IMG/VR virus record: IMGVR_UViG_3300025949_000022
Span: 1-64,000 of that record
Length of the DNA stretch: 64,000 nt
Strand: one strand, 5' to 3'
Origin: a virus
The notes beneath the pieces were generated by a model, which worked only from the letters and a program-made list of their open reading frames with translations, was not told where the DNA came from and searched no databases. Below, in pieces: positions 1 to 8,452 of this stretch; the first letter of the stretch is position 1; each line of letters opens with the position of its first letter. The position numbers were made by a program, and so were the translations under genes.

Positions 1-342
1 CTGTACCTCTGTCACCCGCTGTTGCTGTACCGCTGTCACCCGCTGTTGCTGTACCGCTGTCACCCGCTGTTGCTGTACCGCTGTAACCCGCTGTTGCTGT
101 ACCGCTGTAACCCGCTGTTGCTGTACCGCTGTAACCCGCTGTTGCTGTACCGCTGTCACCCGCTGTTGCTGTACCGCTGTCACCCGCTGTTGCTGTACCG
201 CTGTAACCCGCTGTTGCTGTACCTCTGTAACCCGCTGTTGCTGTACCTCTGTCACCCGCTGTTGCTGTACCGCTGTCACCCGCTGTTGCTGTACCGCTGT
301 AACCCGCTGTTGCTGTACCTCTGTCACCCGCTGTTGCTGTAG
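1..342. repeat. 24-bp tandem repeat, about 14 copies, coding the octapeptide repeat on the minus strand
   Basis: Unit ctgtacc(t/g)ctgt(c/a)acccgctgttg; only two positions vary, giving D/Y and R/S. Confidence 0.97.
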
Positions 343-721
343 AACCCATTACGGCGATTTCGGGATAAATATTTTTGATTATTTGGCTGGCTGTTTTCTG
401 ATAGCCAACATAAATTATCTCGCCGCCTTTGAATTTTACCTTGTCGTTTAGATCGATAATTCCGTTTTCTTCGACTTCCAAAACCAACCATTTAGCTTCG
501 CTTGACCAATTCGCCAATGAATGATCGCCCAACCCTTTTAAGAACCCATGCAAACCATTGCCGCAAGCTTTTGTAGCTTTAAAATCGGGAGCCTCAACAT
601 ATCCACTATCGGGATATTTGAAATTATTATAAGAGGTCATATCCGCGTTACATGAGCGAAGTATCAATACTTTACCTTGCGGGACTTTGTACGTTTTTAG
701 GTTGATTTTCTTGGTTTTCAT
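1..721 (-). CDS. Ice-nucleation-protein-like protein, 3'-truncated by window edge: InaZ-like N-terminal domain plus AG[DY][RS]GTAT octapeptide repeats
   Basis: Manual translation from ATG at 721: MKTKKINLKTYKVPQGKVLILRSCNADMTSYNNFKYPDSGYVEAPDFKATKACGNGLHGFLKGLG...AKWLVLEVEENGIIDLNDKVKFKGGEIIYVG...STATAGDRGTATAGYSGT; open to position 1; absent from the ORF track. Confidence 0.8.
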   Translation of the reverse strand, partial: MKTKKINLKTYKVPQGKVLILRSCNADMTSYNNFKYPDSGYVEAPDFKATKACGNGLHGFLKGLGDHSLANWSSEAKWLVLEVEENGIIDLNDKVKFKGGEIIYVGYQKTASQIIKNIYPEIAVMGSTATAGDRGTATAGYSGTATAGDSGTATAGDRGTATAGYRGTATAGYSGTATAGDSGTATAGDSGTATAGYSGTATAGYSGTATAGYSGTATAGDSGTATAGDSGTATAGDRGT

Positions 722-735
722 TATTGGTTATTGGT

Positions 736-963
736 TTAATAAGTTAATTCAGTTTCTAAATCTCTTTCCATTTCCCGCGCAAGTTCCACCCATCCGTTTT
801 CTTTAGCTACTTCGATACATGCCTGCGCAGTGCTATCTAATTTTGTAGCGTCAAAACACTTCCTCAAAGCTGATTTTTGAAGTTGCATTAAGTATCCGGT
901 AAGGTCTGCTATCTTAGCTTGCAGATTAGCGTTGTACTGGTTTTTATCGGTGGTTTTTAACAT
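736..963 (-). CDS. Hypothetical phage protein
   Basis: Tightly packed ORF in leftward operon. Confidence 0.6.
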   Translation of the reverse strand: MLKTTDKNQYNANLQAKIADLTGYLMQLQKSALRKCFDATKLDSTAQACIEVAKENGWVELAREMERDLETELTY

Positions 964-1220
964 GATTTTGCCCTCCTTAATTGTTTAACTTTAGCTTCGG
1001 CCTCAATACTTGCTTTATCATTTGATTTTAGCCTCTCTGAAAGGCTTTTAACCTTACTGTCTATACTTACAGCCCAATCAAATAATCTTTTAAGAGAGGG
1101 CGTTAAAAGAGGTGTTATGTAGCAAGCTGCGCACCATGAAAGAGTGAAAGCAAAGCCTACTGTCCAACAAGCTAAAAGAGCCGTTAAAATGTATTGCCAA
1201 AATGTGATGTGAGTTGTCAT
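957..1220 (-). CDS. Hypothetical membrane protein
   Basis: N-terminal hydrophobic helix, coiled-coil tail. Confidence 0.6.
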   Translation of the reverse strand: MTTHITFWQYILTALLACWTVGFAFTLSWCAACYITPLLTPSLKRLFDWAVSIDSKVKSLSERLKSNDKASIEAEAKVKQLRRAKSC

Positions 1221-1226
1221 ATTGCT

Positions 1227-1442
1227 TTATTTTTTTTCGGTAACAGTTACATTAAGGTTAATAAAATTGTGAACTGGCGTTATGTCGCACTCTTCATGGT
1301 TGCGCTCGATACTTTGCAATACCATATGAAATGCGCGCTCTTGTACAATCTCCATGTCATCGGCATCAACCTCAAAAACACCTGCACCTATTTTATCGTC
1401 AAAAGTTTTGTAGCCGTAGCTAACTGTAAATGTTTTATCCAT
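1227..1442 (-). CDS. Hypothetical phage protein
   Basis: Packed ORF in operon. Confidence 0.6.
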   Translation of the reverse strand: MDKTFTVSYGYKTFDDKIGAGVFEVDADDMEIVQERAFHMVLQSIERNHEECDITPVHNFINLNVTVTEKK

Positions 1443-1677
1443 TATTTCTAATATTAATTAAGTAGTAAAAAGGCATCCAAACCAAGCAAATAACTATGAC
1501 CGTGATGCAAACTATTATCGAAGCCGCTTTCAGAAAAAAAGAAGAAAAAACCTTATTCTTAATTCCTTGAGCCAACATTGGCAACCCCTTAAAAACCATA
1601 AAGTATATAATAAAGGCATCCACAATAAAGCACAATACATGTACTGCTGTTATGCCGGTTTCAAGTAGCTCATTCAT
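1435..1677 (-). CDS. Hypothetical two-TM membrane protein
   Basis: Two hydrophobic segments; overlaps neighbours. Confidence 0.6.
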   Translation of the reverse strand: MNELLETGITAVHVLCFIVDAFIIYFMVFKGLPMLAQGIKNKVFSSFFLKAASIIVCITVIVICLVWMPFYYLINIRNNG

Positions 1678-2087
1678 GGAGTTGGGGTGTTTAAAAGTTC
1701 AGGGTTTTGGTAGATGTTTCCGATTACTTCAAGTTCATATGCATCGAAGTATTGTAAGAAAAATATCGGCGATTCAGTATCGCAAACCTCGCAATGGATT
1801 TGATGTTGATATTTAAGGCTTACTTTATTATGGTCGATATAATACTGGCCGCCATCAAGTTGCTTTACCTCGCCAATTAGTTTTTCACCGTATCGATCAA
1901 TACTGATTATATCGCCCTTATAAATTTCTTTTCCGTCTTTATCAGATTTGCCGGTAAATTGTAGATATATCCAGCTATCAAGTTGCCCGACAGTTATGCC
2001 TGATAAAATAGATTCATGAAAATATTTTATGGTTTGTGGTCTGATCATATTTGATCCAGTCCAAATCTTAAACTTCAACTCACGCAT
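1674..2087 (-). CDS. YopX-family protein
   Basis: MRELKFKIW...QFTGKSDKDGKEIYKGDII...EVIGNIYQNPELL signature. Confidence 0.9.
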   Translation of the reverse strand: MRELKFKIWTGSNMIRPQTIKYFHESILSGITVGQLDSWIYLQFTGKSDKDGKEIYKGDIISIDRYGEKLIGEVKQLDGGQYYIDHNKVSLKYQHQIHCEVCDTESPIFFLQYFDAYELEVIGNIYQNPELLNTPTP

Positions 2088-2475
2088 GGCAAACTCCTAA
2101 CTGCTCTGAAAGCCTTTCAAATGTGCTGTACTCATTAGGCTTAAAATTATTTGATTGCGTTGCCGGCAAATCCAGGCACTTGCTATTTATCGTTTCGTTG
2201 GCCTCACCATAACGATCTACAAGTTTTACAACCAATGTATCAAGGGGGAACTTGCTTGCTTTAGCGGTTAGATTCCAGCCGTACTTTTTTATTAGATTGT
2301 TCGCTCTTTCTGCGGCGCTAATGGCTATTCTATTGTTGGTTAGATAATAAACCATACTGTCGGCGTTCTGCCTCACGTTCATTATTCCAAATTCTTTTCG
2401 GAATAAATCAAGGTTTGTTTCTTTCGGGTAATTTTGTACTTTTGCATTCATCGGATTGAATTTTTGAATTGCCAT
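2080..2475 (-). CDS. Hypothetical phage protein
   Basis: Packed ORF. Confidence 0.6.
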   Translation of the reverse strand: MAIQKFNPMNAKVQNYPKETNLDLFRKEFGIMNVRQNADSMVYYLTNNRIAISAAERANNLIKKYGWNLTAKASKFPLDTLVVKLVDRYGEANETINSKCLDLPATQSNNFKPNEYSTFERLSEQLGVCHA

Positions 2476-2502
2476 TGGTTACCGCCAGTGGCTTTTCTTT
2501 TT

Positions 2503-2817
2503 TTATGAATTTGATTGTTGTTTACTTTTTGATTTGCTCGGGATGCTTACATCACTCCTTTTGAAATACTCCTCGATCTTAGATTTCTTAAATCTTATAA
2601 CCTTACTCCCAAATTGAGAGCATCCTATATCGGCCTTGCGATCTAAAAACCATTGCTCTGAAAGGCCCGTATATTCAGCAGCTTCTTTTGTATCTAACCA
2701 GCGATCATCCTTTAGCCTTTTGTTTTCTTCGGCCAGTTCGGTAACAGTTTTTAATGTCTGCTCAAACATGCCCTCAAGGCGTTTAAATGCGGTGGCTTCG
2801 ATGGTTAGCACTTCCAT
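2503..2817 (-). CDS. Excisionase-like helix-turn-helix protein
   Basis: RWLDTKEAAEYTGLSEQWF...KVIRFKKSKIEEY winged-HTH pattern; start re-called to MEVLTIE. Confidence 0.75.
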   Translation of the reverse strand: MEVLTIEATAFKRLEGMFEQTLKTVTELAEENKRLKDDRWLDTKEAAEYTGLSEQWFLDRKADIGCSQFGSKVIRFKKSKIEEYFKRSDVSIPSKSKSKQQSNS

Positions 2818-2821
2818 TGTC

Positions 2822-2953
2822 TTACTTTTTAAATTGTTCAACTATGTAAGCCCAGTGAGCATGGCAGTAAATAATTACTGATATTAAAAGGATGGCGCCG
2901 GTCAATAATTGCAGGCCTAGTATCCAGTTGTTGTTTCTTTTTAAGGTTTTCAT
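2822..2953 (-). CDS. Small membrane peptide (43 aa)
   Basis: MKTLKRNNNWILGLQLLTGAILLISVIIYCHAHWAYIVEQFKK; ATGA overlap with upstream stop; below ORF-track cutoff. Confidence 0.55.
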   Translation of the reverse strand: MKTLKRNNNWILGLQLLTGAILLISVIIYCHAHWAYIVEQFKK

Positions 2954-3171
2954 ATTGATTCTAATAATTCAGGTTTGTACTCAATTCCACTCATGGCAAG
3001 CAGTAAACGCCGGGCCTCGATAACCAACGCATCGGTGTAATCGTCTTTGAGCGTATATATCTCTGTCCTTACTTGGCTGTACTCCATGCCTATGTTATCC
3101 GCAAGGGTTCTTATCATACCTTTAGGGGCTTTGTCGCGGATAAATAAAATTTCTCTTGGGTCTACTTTCAT
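2950..3171 (-). CDS. Cro-like small DNA-binding protein
   Basis: MKVDPREILF...GMIRTLADNIGMEYSQVRTEI HTH-like; divergent from repressor; first gene after a consensus promoter. Confidence 0.55.
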   Translation of the reverse strand: MKVDPREILFIRDKAPKGMIRTLADNIGMEYSQVRTEIYTLKDDYTDALVIEARRLLLAMSGIEYKPELLESI

Positions 3172-3214
3172 TTTTTGTATGATTGTTGTTATATTGCCAT
3201 TGTTAATTGCTATA

Positions 3215-3245
3215 CAAATGTACATAATAAATAGACACTTCCAAA
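3215..3245 (-). promoter_or_regulatory. Bacteroidota sigma-A promoter of the leftward operon
   Basis: Minus strand TTTG-N19-TACATTTG. Confidence 0.8.
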
Positions 3246-3259
3246 TTATTTGTCTATTT
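3229..3259. promoter_or_regulatory. Putative repressor operator
   Basis: AAATAGACA-N13-TGTCTATTT inverted repeat straddling the -33 box; third half-site AATAGACA at 3311-3318 overlaps the repressor ATG. Confidence 0.65.
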
Positions 3260-3317
3260 TTTATAAATAATGTTGTAATTGCTTGATAGTCAATTAGAAA
3301 AAATATAAATAATAGAC

Positions 3318-4088
3318 ATGCACGAAGGCGAATTCCTAAAGAAGTATATAAAGACTAGGCCCATGAAAGTTACGCGTGTTGTGGAATTAACGGGTATTCA
3401 ACGCCCCACTGTGTACACGCATTTCAACAAAGAAAAATTGGACAGTCTGACAAAAGAATTGTATTCTGAAAAAATAGGGATTGTTTGGACTGGACAGATA
3501 TTAGACAATTGGCAAGAAAATAAACAACACACCAGTTTCACCGACTCCGAACGGATAGATGTAAATAAGGGGTCGCGGATAAATCCCACTTTTCCCGGCA
3601 TGCCTGACAGGGAAGAAAATAACATTACAGGAATTGAACGGTATATATCACCTGACCACACACCTATACCGGTCTATGACGATACAGGGGACATACATAA
3701 CATAGATGAGTTATTAAAAAATAATGAAGTAAAGCCCGTAGTTCTTATCATGAAAGGGCATTTAGGGTGCCATGCTGTGGTGAGGCATAACGACAGCGCT
3801 ATGGATAAAGATTTTTTACAGGGGAACCATCAAAAATGCCAGTTAGGTATCCAACGCGTTTTCCATTTTAAAAACACCATTATACCCGGCATGGCAGCAA
3901 TAATCATTTTAGAAGAATTTACAATAACAAGGTACGTGCACCGCACAGATAATAAAGATCAGCTTTTATTGCGATCTGCCGATACTGTTCTTTTTCCGGA
4001 TATGATTATAGATATCGCACATATAAAGCAAATGTGGCGGATAAAGAGTGTAACGCCGGTAGTTCAATCTAAAATATTAATGTATTGA
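3318..4088 (+). CDS. CI-like repressor (N-terminal HTH, degenerate S24-like C-terminal domain)
   Basis: VTRVVELTGIQRPTVYTHF HTH; C-terminal NDSAM...LLLRSAD...IDIAHIKQMWRI resembles Bacteroidota LexA/CI tails. Confidence 0.65.
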   Translation: MHEGEFLKKYIKTRPMKVTRVVELTGIQRPTVYTHFNKEKLDSLTKELYSEKIGIVWTGQILDNWQENKQHTSFTDSERIDVNKGSRINPTFPGMPDREENNITGIERYISPDHTPIPVYDDTGDIHNIDELLKNNEVKPVVLIMKGHLGCHAVVRHNDSAMDKDFLQGNHQKCQLGIQRVFHFKNTIIPGMAAIIILEEFTITRYVHRTDNKDQLLLRSADTVLFPDMIIDIAHIKQMWRIKSVTPVVQSKILMY

Positions 4089-4089
4089 C

Positions 4090-4500
4090 TTATAATAAAT
4101 GATGATCACGGAACGAGTAATAATCATCCTTTGTCATAATTATATGGTCAACTAAATTAATTTCAAGCGACCGGCACACCGACAGGAAGCGATCCGTTAC
4201 AGGCTTATCCCCTTCACCGGGGTTCGCATTACCCGATGTATGGTTGTGCGCTATAATAATGTGACTTGAGTTCTTTATAATCGCTAAATATATCGCTGTT
4301 CTCAAATCAAAATTGGTTTCAGAATAGCTGCCCCTGTTTAGCATTTCATAATATACCGGCTCACGCTTCCGGTTCAGATATATGGCATAAACACACTCGT
4401 ATTTTTCGTACGTGCCTTTCTTCCATATTTTTCTGAATGCCTGGCAGTACTGTAGGGAATTGGTGAGTATCAATAGGGGGTTGCCGATTGTTTTTAACAT
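4090..4500 (-). CDS. radC: RadC-family JAB domain protein
   Basis: E...IIAHNHTSGNANPGEGD...LVDHII...YYSFRD motif; start re-called to MLKTIG. Confidence 0.88.
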   Translation of the reverse strand: MLKTIGNPLLILTNSLQYCQAFRKIWKKGTYEKYECVYAIYLNRKREPVYYEMLNRGSYSETNFDLRTAIYLAIIKNSSHIIIAHNHTSGNANPGEGDKPVTDRFLSVCRSLEINLVDHIIMTKDDYYSFRDHHLL

Positions 4501-4846
4501 AGGATTATAGCTAAAAAAAATGACGTAGAATATACAGATCGACCGCTCAAGGCTTACCACAGCCCATTGCAACTCAAAAGGTATACCTACGCCATGCTGG
4601 CGTACTTACAGTCTGATCGTTGCAATATTTTATACGTGGTAATTTAGAGCGGCAACGTGATAAGGAAGTACAGTTTCTTTATCAGCAAAAATAATAATTT
4701 TATCAAGTCATGGTATAAATAATTAGTAAGGGGATACAATGTAAAAAGATTAATTGATATCCTATAGTTTTAATTAAAAAACTTTTCGTGTCAATTAAAC
4801 AGTTGTTATTATCTTAACAATAGAAATAGGATGGATTGGTTATTTT

Positions 4847-6076
4847 TTAGCTAAAAATATCGTCTGCTGCGTTATCCAGTTCCTCGTCTTGTGAAAGTTC
4901 CCTAATGTACCTCTCGTGTTCCTCAATATTGGAGTGCCCTACTAAATCCATGCTCAGGTTAAAATCTTTTACTTTATCAATAGCCATTTTTGCGAAGATG
5001 TGCCGGGCAATGTGAAAGCTCACATTTTTTGTTAACCCCGCCTTTTCTTTGGCAATAATCTTTAGCCCTGCGTTCAAAACTGTTTCGATGGAGCTTACAT
5101 GCTTTGCCCTGGCCTTTTTATTGGTTTCATCGTCAAAGCCTTTATTTTCCTTCCATTTGAAAAATGTGAAAAGGTAGGTACGCCCGTCTAAATATTTATT
5201 AACTATCTCCGTTGCCTCCGGTATCAGCTTAATATTAAACATCTTTTTTGTTTTCCCACTTTCATAAACTATGCGCCCGTTTTTGAAGTAATCCTGCCGT
5301 AACTGTATTACATCTCCGGCCCTCATACCACGTAAATAGACCGCCAGTAAAAACATATCTTGTATCTGCTGCAATCTTGGGTCGTCCGACAAATCAACGG
5401 CCTTAAAACGGCTCAATTCCTCTTTATTTAATTTTAGTTTTAATGACCGTTCCGCAATGGGTAGTGGGTAATTGTGGACAGCTGCAGATTTGCTATCATA
5501 GCCGTTTTTTTCGGCAAACGTAGAAGCGTACCTGATTATCTTTAACTGCGTTCTCATGGTAGACCGCTTGTTGCCCTTGTCGGCCATAAACTTTATGAAA
5601 CGGTCTATATGCTCTTTAGTTATTTGGCTTGACCTGATATCGCCTATTCCTGATTCGCGGATAAAATAGTTTAACCTTGCCTGATACCCAACCATTGAAT
5701 GACCGCTTTTTAAACTGGCTATATATAAGGGTACAATTTCTTTAAAACTCTTTGGCTTTTCAACGGGCACCGTTTTGGGGTCTATGCCGGCCTTTAAATT
5801 ATCGAAGTAATCAATAAAGTCCCTTTTAAGATCAAACTTATTATTTAAGATTAATGCCTCAACCCTATTATATTCATTTGAAATTTTTATATTTATGACG
5901 GCATAGTTAGGATGCGATTTCGGTTTAACCCGCTTTTGCTTGGGATCCCACTGATCAGGACGTACATTGGCTAAAGTTCGTTTGATTCTTTTATCCGTAT
6001 ATACCTGAATAACTATTGGGCTCGTTCCATCTGAATTTTTGGTGTATGAATAGTATAAAATATGTACAGAGGCCAT
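4847..6076 (-). CDS. int: Tyrosine integrase (Bacteroidota type with arm-binding N-terminal domain)
   Basis: GMRAGD (R), KTK, HIARH (HxxR), LVGH, ERY catalytic residues; start re-called to MASVHI. Confidence 0.93.
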   Translation of the reverse strand: MASVHILYYSYTKNSDGTSPIVIQVYTDKRIKRTLANVRPDQWDPKQKRVKPKSHPNYAVINIKISNEYNRVEALILNNKFDLKRDFIDYFDNLKAGIDPKTVPVEKPKSFKEIVPLYIASLKSGHSMVGYQARLNYFIRESGIGDIRSSQITKEHIDRFIKFMADKGNKRSTMRTQLKIIRYASTFAEKNGYDSKSAAVHNYPLPIAERSLKLKLNKEELSRFKAVDLSDDPRLQQIQDMFLLAVYLRGMRAGDVIQLRQDYFKNGRIVYESGKTKKMFNIKLIPEATEIVNKYLDGRTYLFTFFKWKENKGFDDETNKKARAKHVSSIETVLNAGLKIIAKEKAGLTKNVSFHIARHIFAKMAIDKVKDFNLSMDLVGHSNIEEHERYIRELSQDEELDNAADDIFS

Positions 6077-6295
6077 TTTTAATGTACAATTGATGTACAC
6101 AAAACTAAGCTAATACGGTATAATTCGGCGCAATAACTCACATATTTATTTACAAAAACCCAATTACATACTATAATTGACGTTTTTTAATGTTTATTAA
6201 ATTGCTTGTTTTATCTCGTCGGGAGCACCATTTACCCGTTTCTAAGCGATTAGAGCGGGTTTTTCAGTTTTAATGTACAAATGGTGTACTTAAAA
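6077..6295 (+). other. attP site: tRNA 3'-end core flanked by paired arm-type repeats
   Basis: ATCTCGTCGGGAGCACCA at 6213-6230; TAATGTACAATTGATGTAC (6080-6098) and TAATGTACAAATGGTGTAC (6271-6289). Confidence 0.75.
6234..6264 (+). terminator. Intrinsic terminator after att core
   Basis: ACCCGTTTCTAA-GCGA-TTAGAGCGGGT followed by T-run. Confidence 0.7.
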
Positions 6296-6350
6296 TCACT
6301 TGGCAGGGTAGAAAGGGGGCGTACTTATGATAAGGGTAGACGGATATAAA

Positions 6351-6385
6351 CGCCCTGCATCCGAAAAGAAAAAAAATAAAATCAC
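6351..6385 (+). repeat. Dispersed GCATCC/A-tract motif copy
   Basis: CGCCCTGCATCCGAAAAGAAAAAAAATAAAATCA; near-identical to the 63618-63653 (-) copy. Confidence 0.7.
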
Positions 6386-6673
6386 CTAGACCGCTGGCTT
6401 TTCATTTGTTTGAGAAAGAACTGATTCGCGCGACCAATGTTTCCAATTTCTTTTTTCACTTTCTGTCAATGTCATTTCCTGATATTTATCAGTAGCAGGC
6501 CAGCCTTGAATATACCATAAATCACGCCTACCCATATCATCAAGAAATAACTGTATGATATTCATTGCTAATCCTGGGTCGCCGGTATATACTTTTATTA
6601 TAGTCCACTTTTTAAGTGAACCTTTCCATCTTAAGACTACTTCTATTCCGTTGAAATTTATAGTGTGTTTCAT
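6386..6673 (-). CDS. Hypothetical phage protein
   Basis: Start re-called to MKHTINF (ATGA overlap). Confidence 0.55.
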   Translation of the reverse strand: MKHTINFNGIEVVLRWKGSLKKWTIIKVYTGDPGLAMNIIQLFLDDMGRRDLWYIQGWPATDKYQEMTLTESEKRNWKHWSRESVLSQTNEKPAV

Positions 6674-7026
6674 TTTATGGTTTTTGGAGGGGTGGGTAAA
6701 GATTGTATGTGTTGATAATGGGTAGGGTAGCATGGCATTTCGTGGTCATAAGAATTATACCAATTGCCGTCTTGAGCCAAATAGCCTATGCTTATCCATT
6801 CATCGTTAATATTGCCAATATTAAAATCAGTCCCAATTTGTTCATCGGTTGGCGGTGTTTCCACGCTAATCCAACGGGATTGTGAGGCGTAGGCTTCCAT
6901 AGCTTCGAATACGCTGTTTATTATTAAATCAGAATCTGCATCAATAAGTAAAATTCTGAAATTATCGTAATCAAATTTTAATGCGGTTTCGTCTAAAACG
7001 TCTTCTTTACCTTTCATCTTTAACAT
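6670..7026 (-). CDS. DUF551-like phage protein
   Basis: EAMEAYASQSRWISVETPP...PTHYQHI pattern. Confidence 0.6.
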   Translation of the reverse strand: MLKMKGKEDVLDETALKFDYDNFRILLIDADSDLIINSVFEAMEAYASQSRWISVETPPTDEQIGTDFNIGNINDEWISIGYLAQDGNWYNSYDHEMPCYPTHYQHIQSLPTPPKTIK

Positions 7027-7204
7027 TGTTTAGGATTTTGAAATCATTGATTAATCCCTTTGCTTGGTTATTTATATCGCACTCCATTTGCCATTGACGT
7101 GATTTTATTTCCGCTATAATATCTATTACAGTATTTCCTTCTAAATCAAAACCGCACCAGCTTTTAAAATCATTCTTAAACTTTTTAGTTGTTTTACTTT
7201 TCAT
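7007..7204 (-). CDS. Hypothetical protein
   Basis: Packed ORF. Confidence 0.5.
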   Translation of the reverse strand: MKSKTTKKFKNDFKSWCGFDLEGNTVIDIIAEIKSRQWQMECDINNQAKGLINDFKILNNVKDER

Positions 7205-7291
7205 GGGGTATAGGAGTTAATATCTAACTCGGGTAATGCTGATAGTAAGTCGCTCATAATTTTTCTTCTCCTTTTACCTTATTGTAGTAGT

Positions 7292-7486
7292 TTATGAATT
7301 TTGTGACGGTGGAGTATCTTTACCCTCATCAAGCCATTCAGAGTGGCATTCAGTAGAGCAGAACCTTTCTTCTAAGAAAGTTCTATCAGATAATACAACT
7401 TCATAAGCATCAAATATCTTTTCGCAATTCCAACAGTACCTTACTGGCAACTGCTCTTTCCCTTCGGTTATTTCGTTCTTTTCCAT
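7292..7486 (-). CDS. Small zinc-finger protein
   Basis: CWNC...FCSTEC. Confidence 0.6.
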   Translation of the reverse strand: MEKNEITEGKEQLPVRYCWNCEKIFDAYEVVLSDRTFLEERFCSTECHSEWLDEGKDTPPSQNS

Positions 7487-7489
7487 GAG

Positions 7490-7873
7490 TTATGATTTAT
7501 AGGTTGATTTGTCGAGGGCGAGACCGGATTCCAAAAGACCGAAAACGTCAAAGTGGTGTTTAAGCAATATTTGAATAACTTTATACGGTAATTCATCAGG
7601 CGTACAAAAATCAGGATGAGCCGAATAATAAGACCCCATAACCTCATAAATTTCCGTATCCGCTGCGCTATCATTAAATTCAGATAATAGCAATAGTAAA
7701 GGCTTACTTTTACCACCCAAAATAGAACCATATGTTTCACCCTCCTCTTTAAAAATTAGCAAATCCCCTGCTATACCGTGTAATTCTAAAACTGTTTTAT
7801 CATCAGGTCGCATTACTTTCAATCCATACGGCAAATACGGAGCAAGGTGTTCTATCGTTAGTTTCTTTTCCAT
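7490..7873 (-). CDS. Conserved Bacteroidota phage protein
   Basis: LAPYLPYGLK...KPLL...LLKHHFDVFGLLESGLA pattern. Confidence 0.7.
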   Translation of the reverse strand: MEKKLTIEHLAPYLPYGLKVMRPDDKTVLELHGIAGDLLIFKEEGETYGSILGGKSKPLLLLLSEFNDSAADTEIYEVMGSYYSAHPDFCTPDELPYKVIQILLKHHFDVFGLLESGLALDKSTYKS

Positions 7874-7882
7874 GTTAATCTT

Positions 7883-8155
7883 CTAACTTGTGAATTTATC
7901 AAAATGAATGCCTTTAAATTTATGATAGTCAAATAGAAAATCATGTGATTGCTCGGAACTATAAAACCCATTTTCGTTGAATTTAACAACAGGGATTAAA
8001 TCATTTTCTTGATACTTAGTAGAATGCTTAATTCCATTATAGTCAGTAGTAACAACCTCGTAACCAAACTGACCGACAATACATTTCGCCTGTCCCAATA
8101 TCAACCCATCTTTAGCTGAAGGAAATTCTTCTTTTAGCTTTTTGTATATCTCCAT
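7883..8155 (-). CDS. Hypothetical protein
   Basis: Shares leader AGAAGATTAACATGGA with the gene starting at 7873. Confidence 0.6.
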   Translation of the reverse strand: MEIYKKLKEEFPSAKDGLILGQAKCIVGQFGYEVVTTDYNGIKHSTKYQENDLIPVVKFNENGFYSSEQSHDFLFDYHKFKGIHFDKFTS

Positions 8156-8175
8156 GTTAATCTTCTTTTAGAGCG

Positions 8176-8436
8176 TTAGAGGCTATTTAATGCTTTATGG
8201 GCTATGTGCCAAAACACTTCAACATCCGGGTCGTTTCCATCGCAATTATTTTTTATTTCAATGAGGGCCTTCTCATACCTTTCTACCCTTGATTGGAGGG
8301 AGGCGTTTTGATGGAATACCTTGTTAATTTGTTCCAACGTTTCGCTCCAAGTGCTATCGGTTTTCCAGTTGTTTGCAGCGTGTAATAGTAATTCCGATAA
8401 TCGTTGGTGTTGCTCAAATGGCTGCGATTCAATCAT
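8176..8436 (-). CDS. Hypothetical protein
   Basis: ORF in operon. Confidence 0.55.
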   Translation of the reverse strand: MIESQPFEQHQRLSELLLHAANNWKTDSTWSETLEQINKVFHQNASLQSRVERYEKALIEIKNNCDGNDPDVEVFWHIAHKALNSL

Positions 8437-8452
8437 TGTTTTATGTTTTTGT

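Noticed and set aside
22-342. Plus-strand ORF of LLLYRC[HN]P repeats
   Set aside because: Antisense shadow of the real minus-strand repeat gene, which has a proper start and N-terminal domain
1-342. CRISPR array
   Set aside because: Contiguous 24-bp units without unique spacers; in-frame coding repeat
6213-6230. Complete tRNA gene or prophage boundary
   Set aside because: Only the last 18 nt are tRNA-like and both flanks are phage genes, so attP fits better than attL/attR
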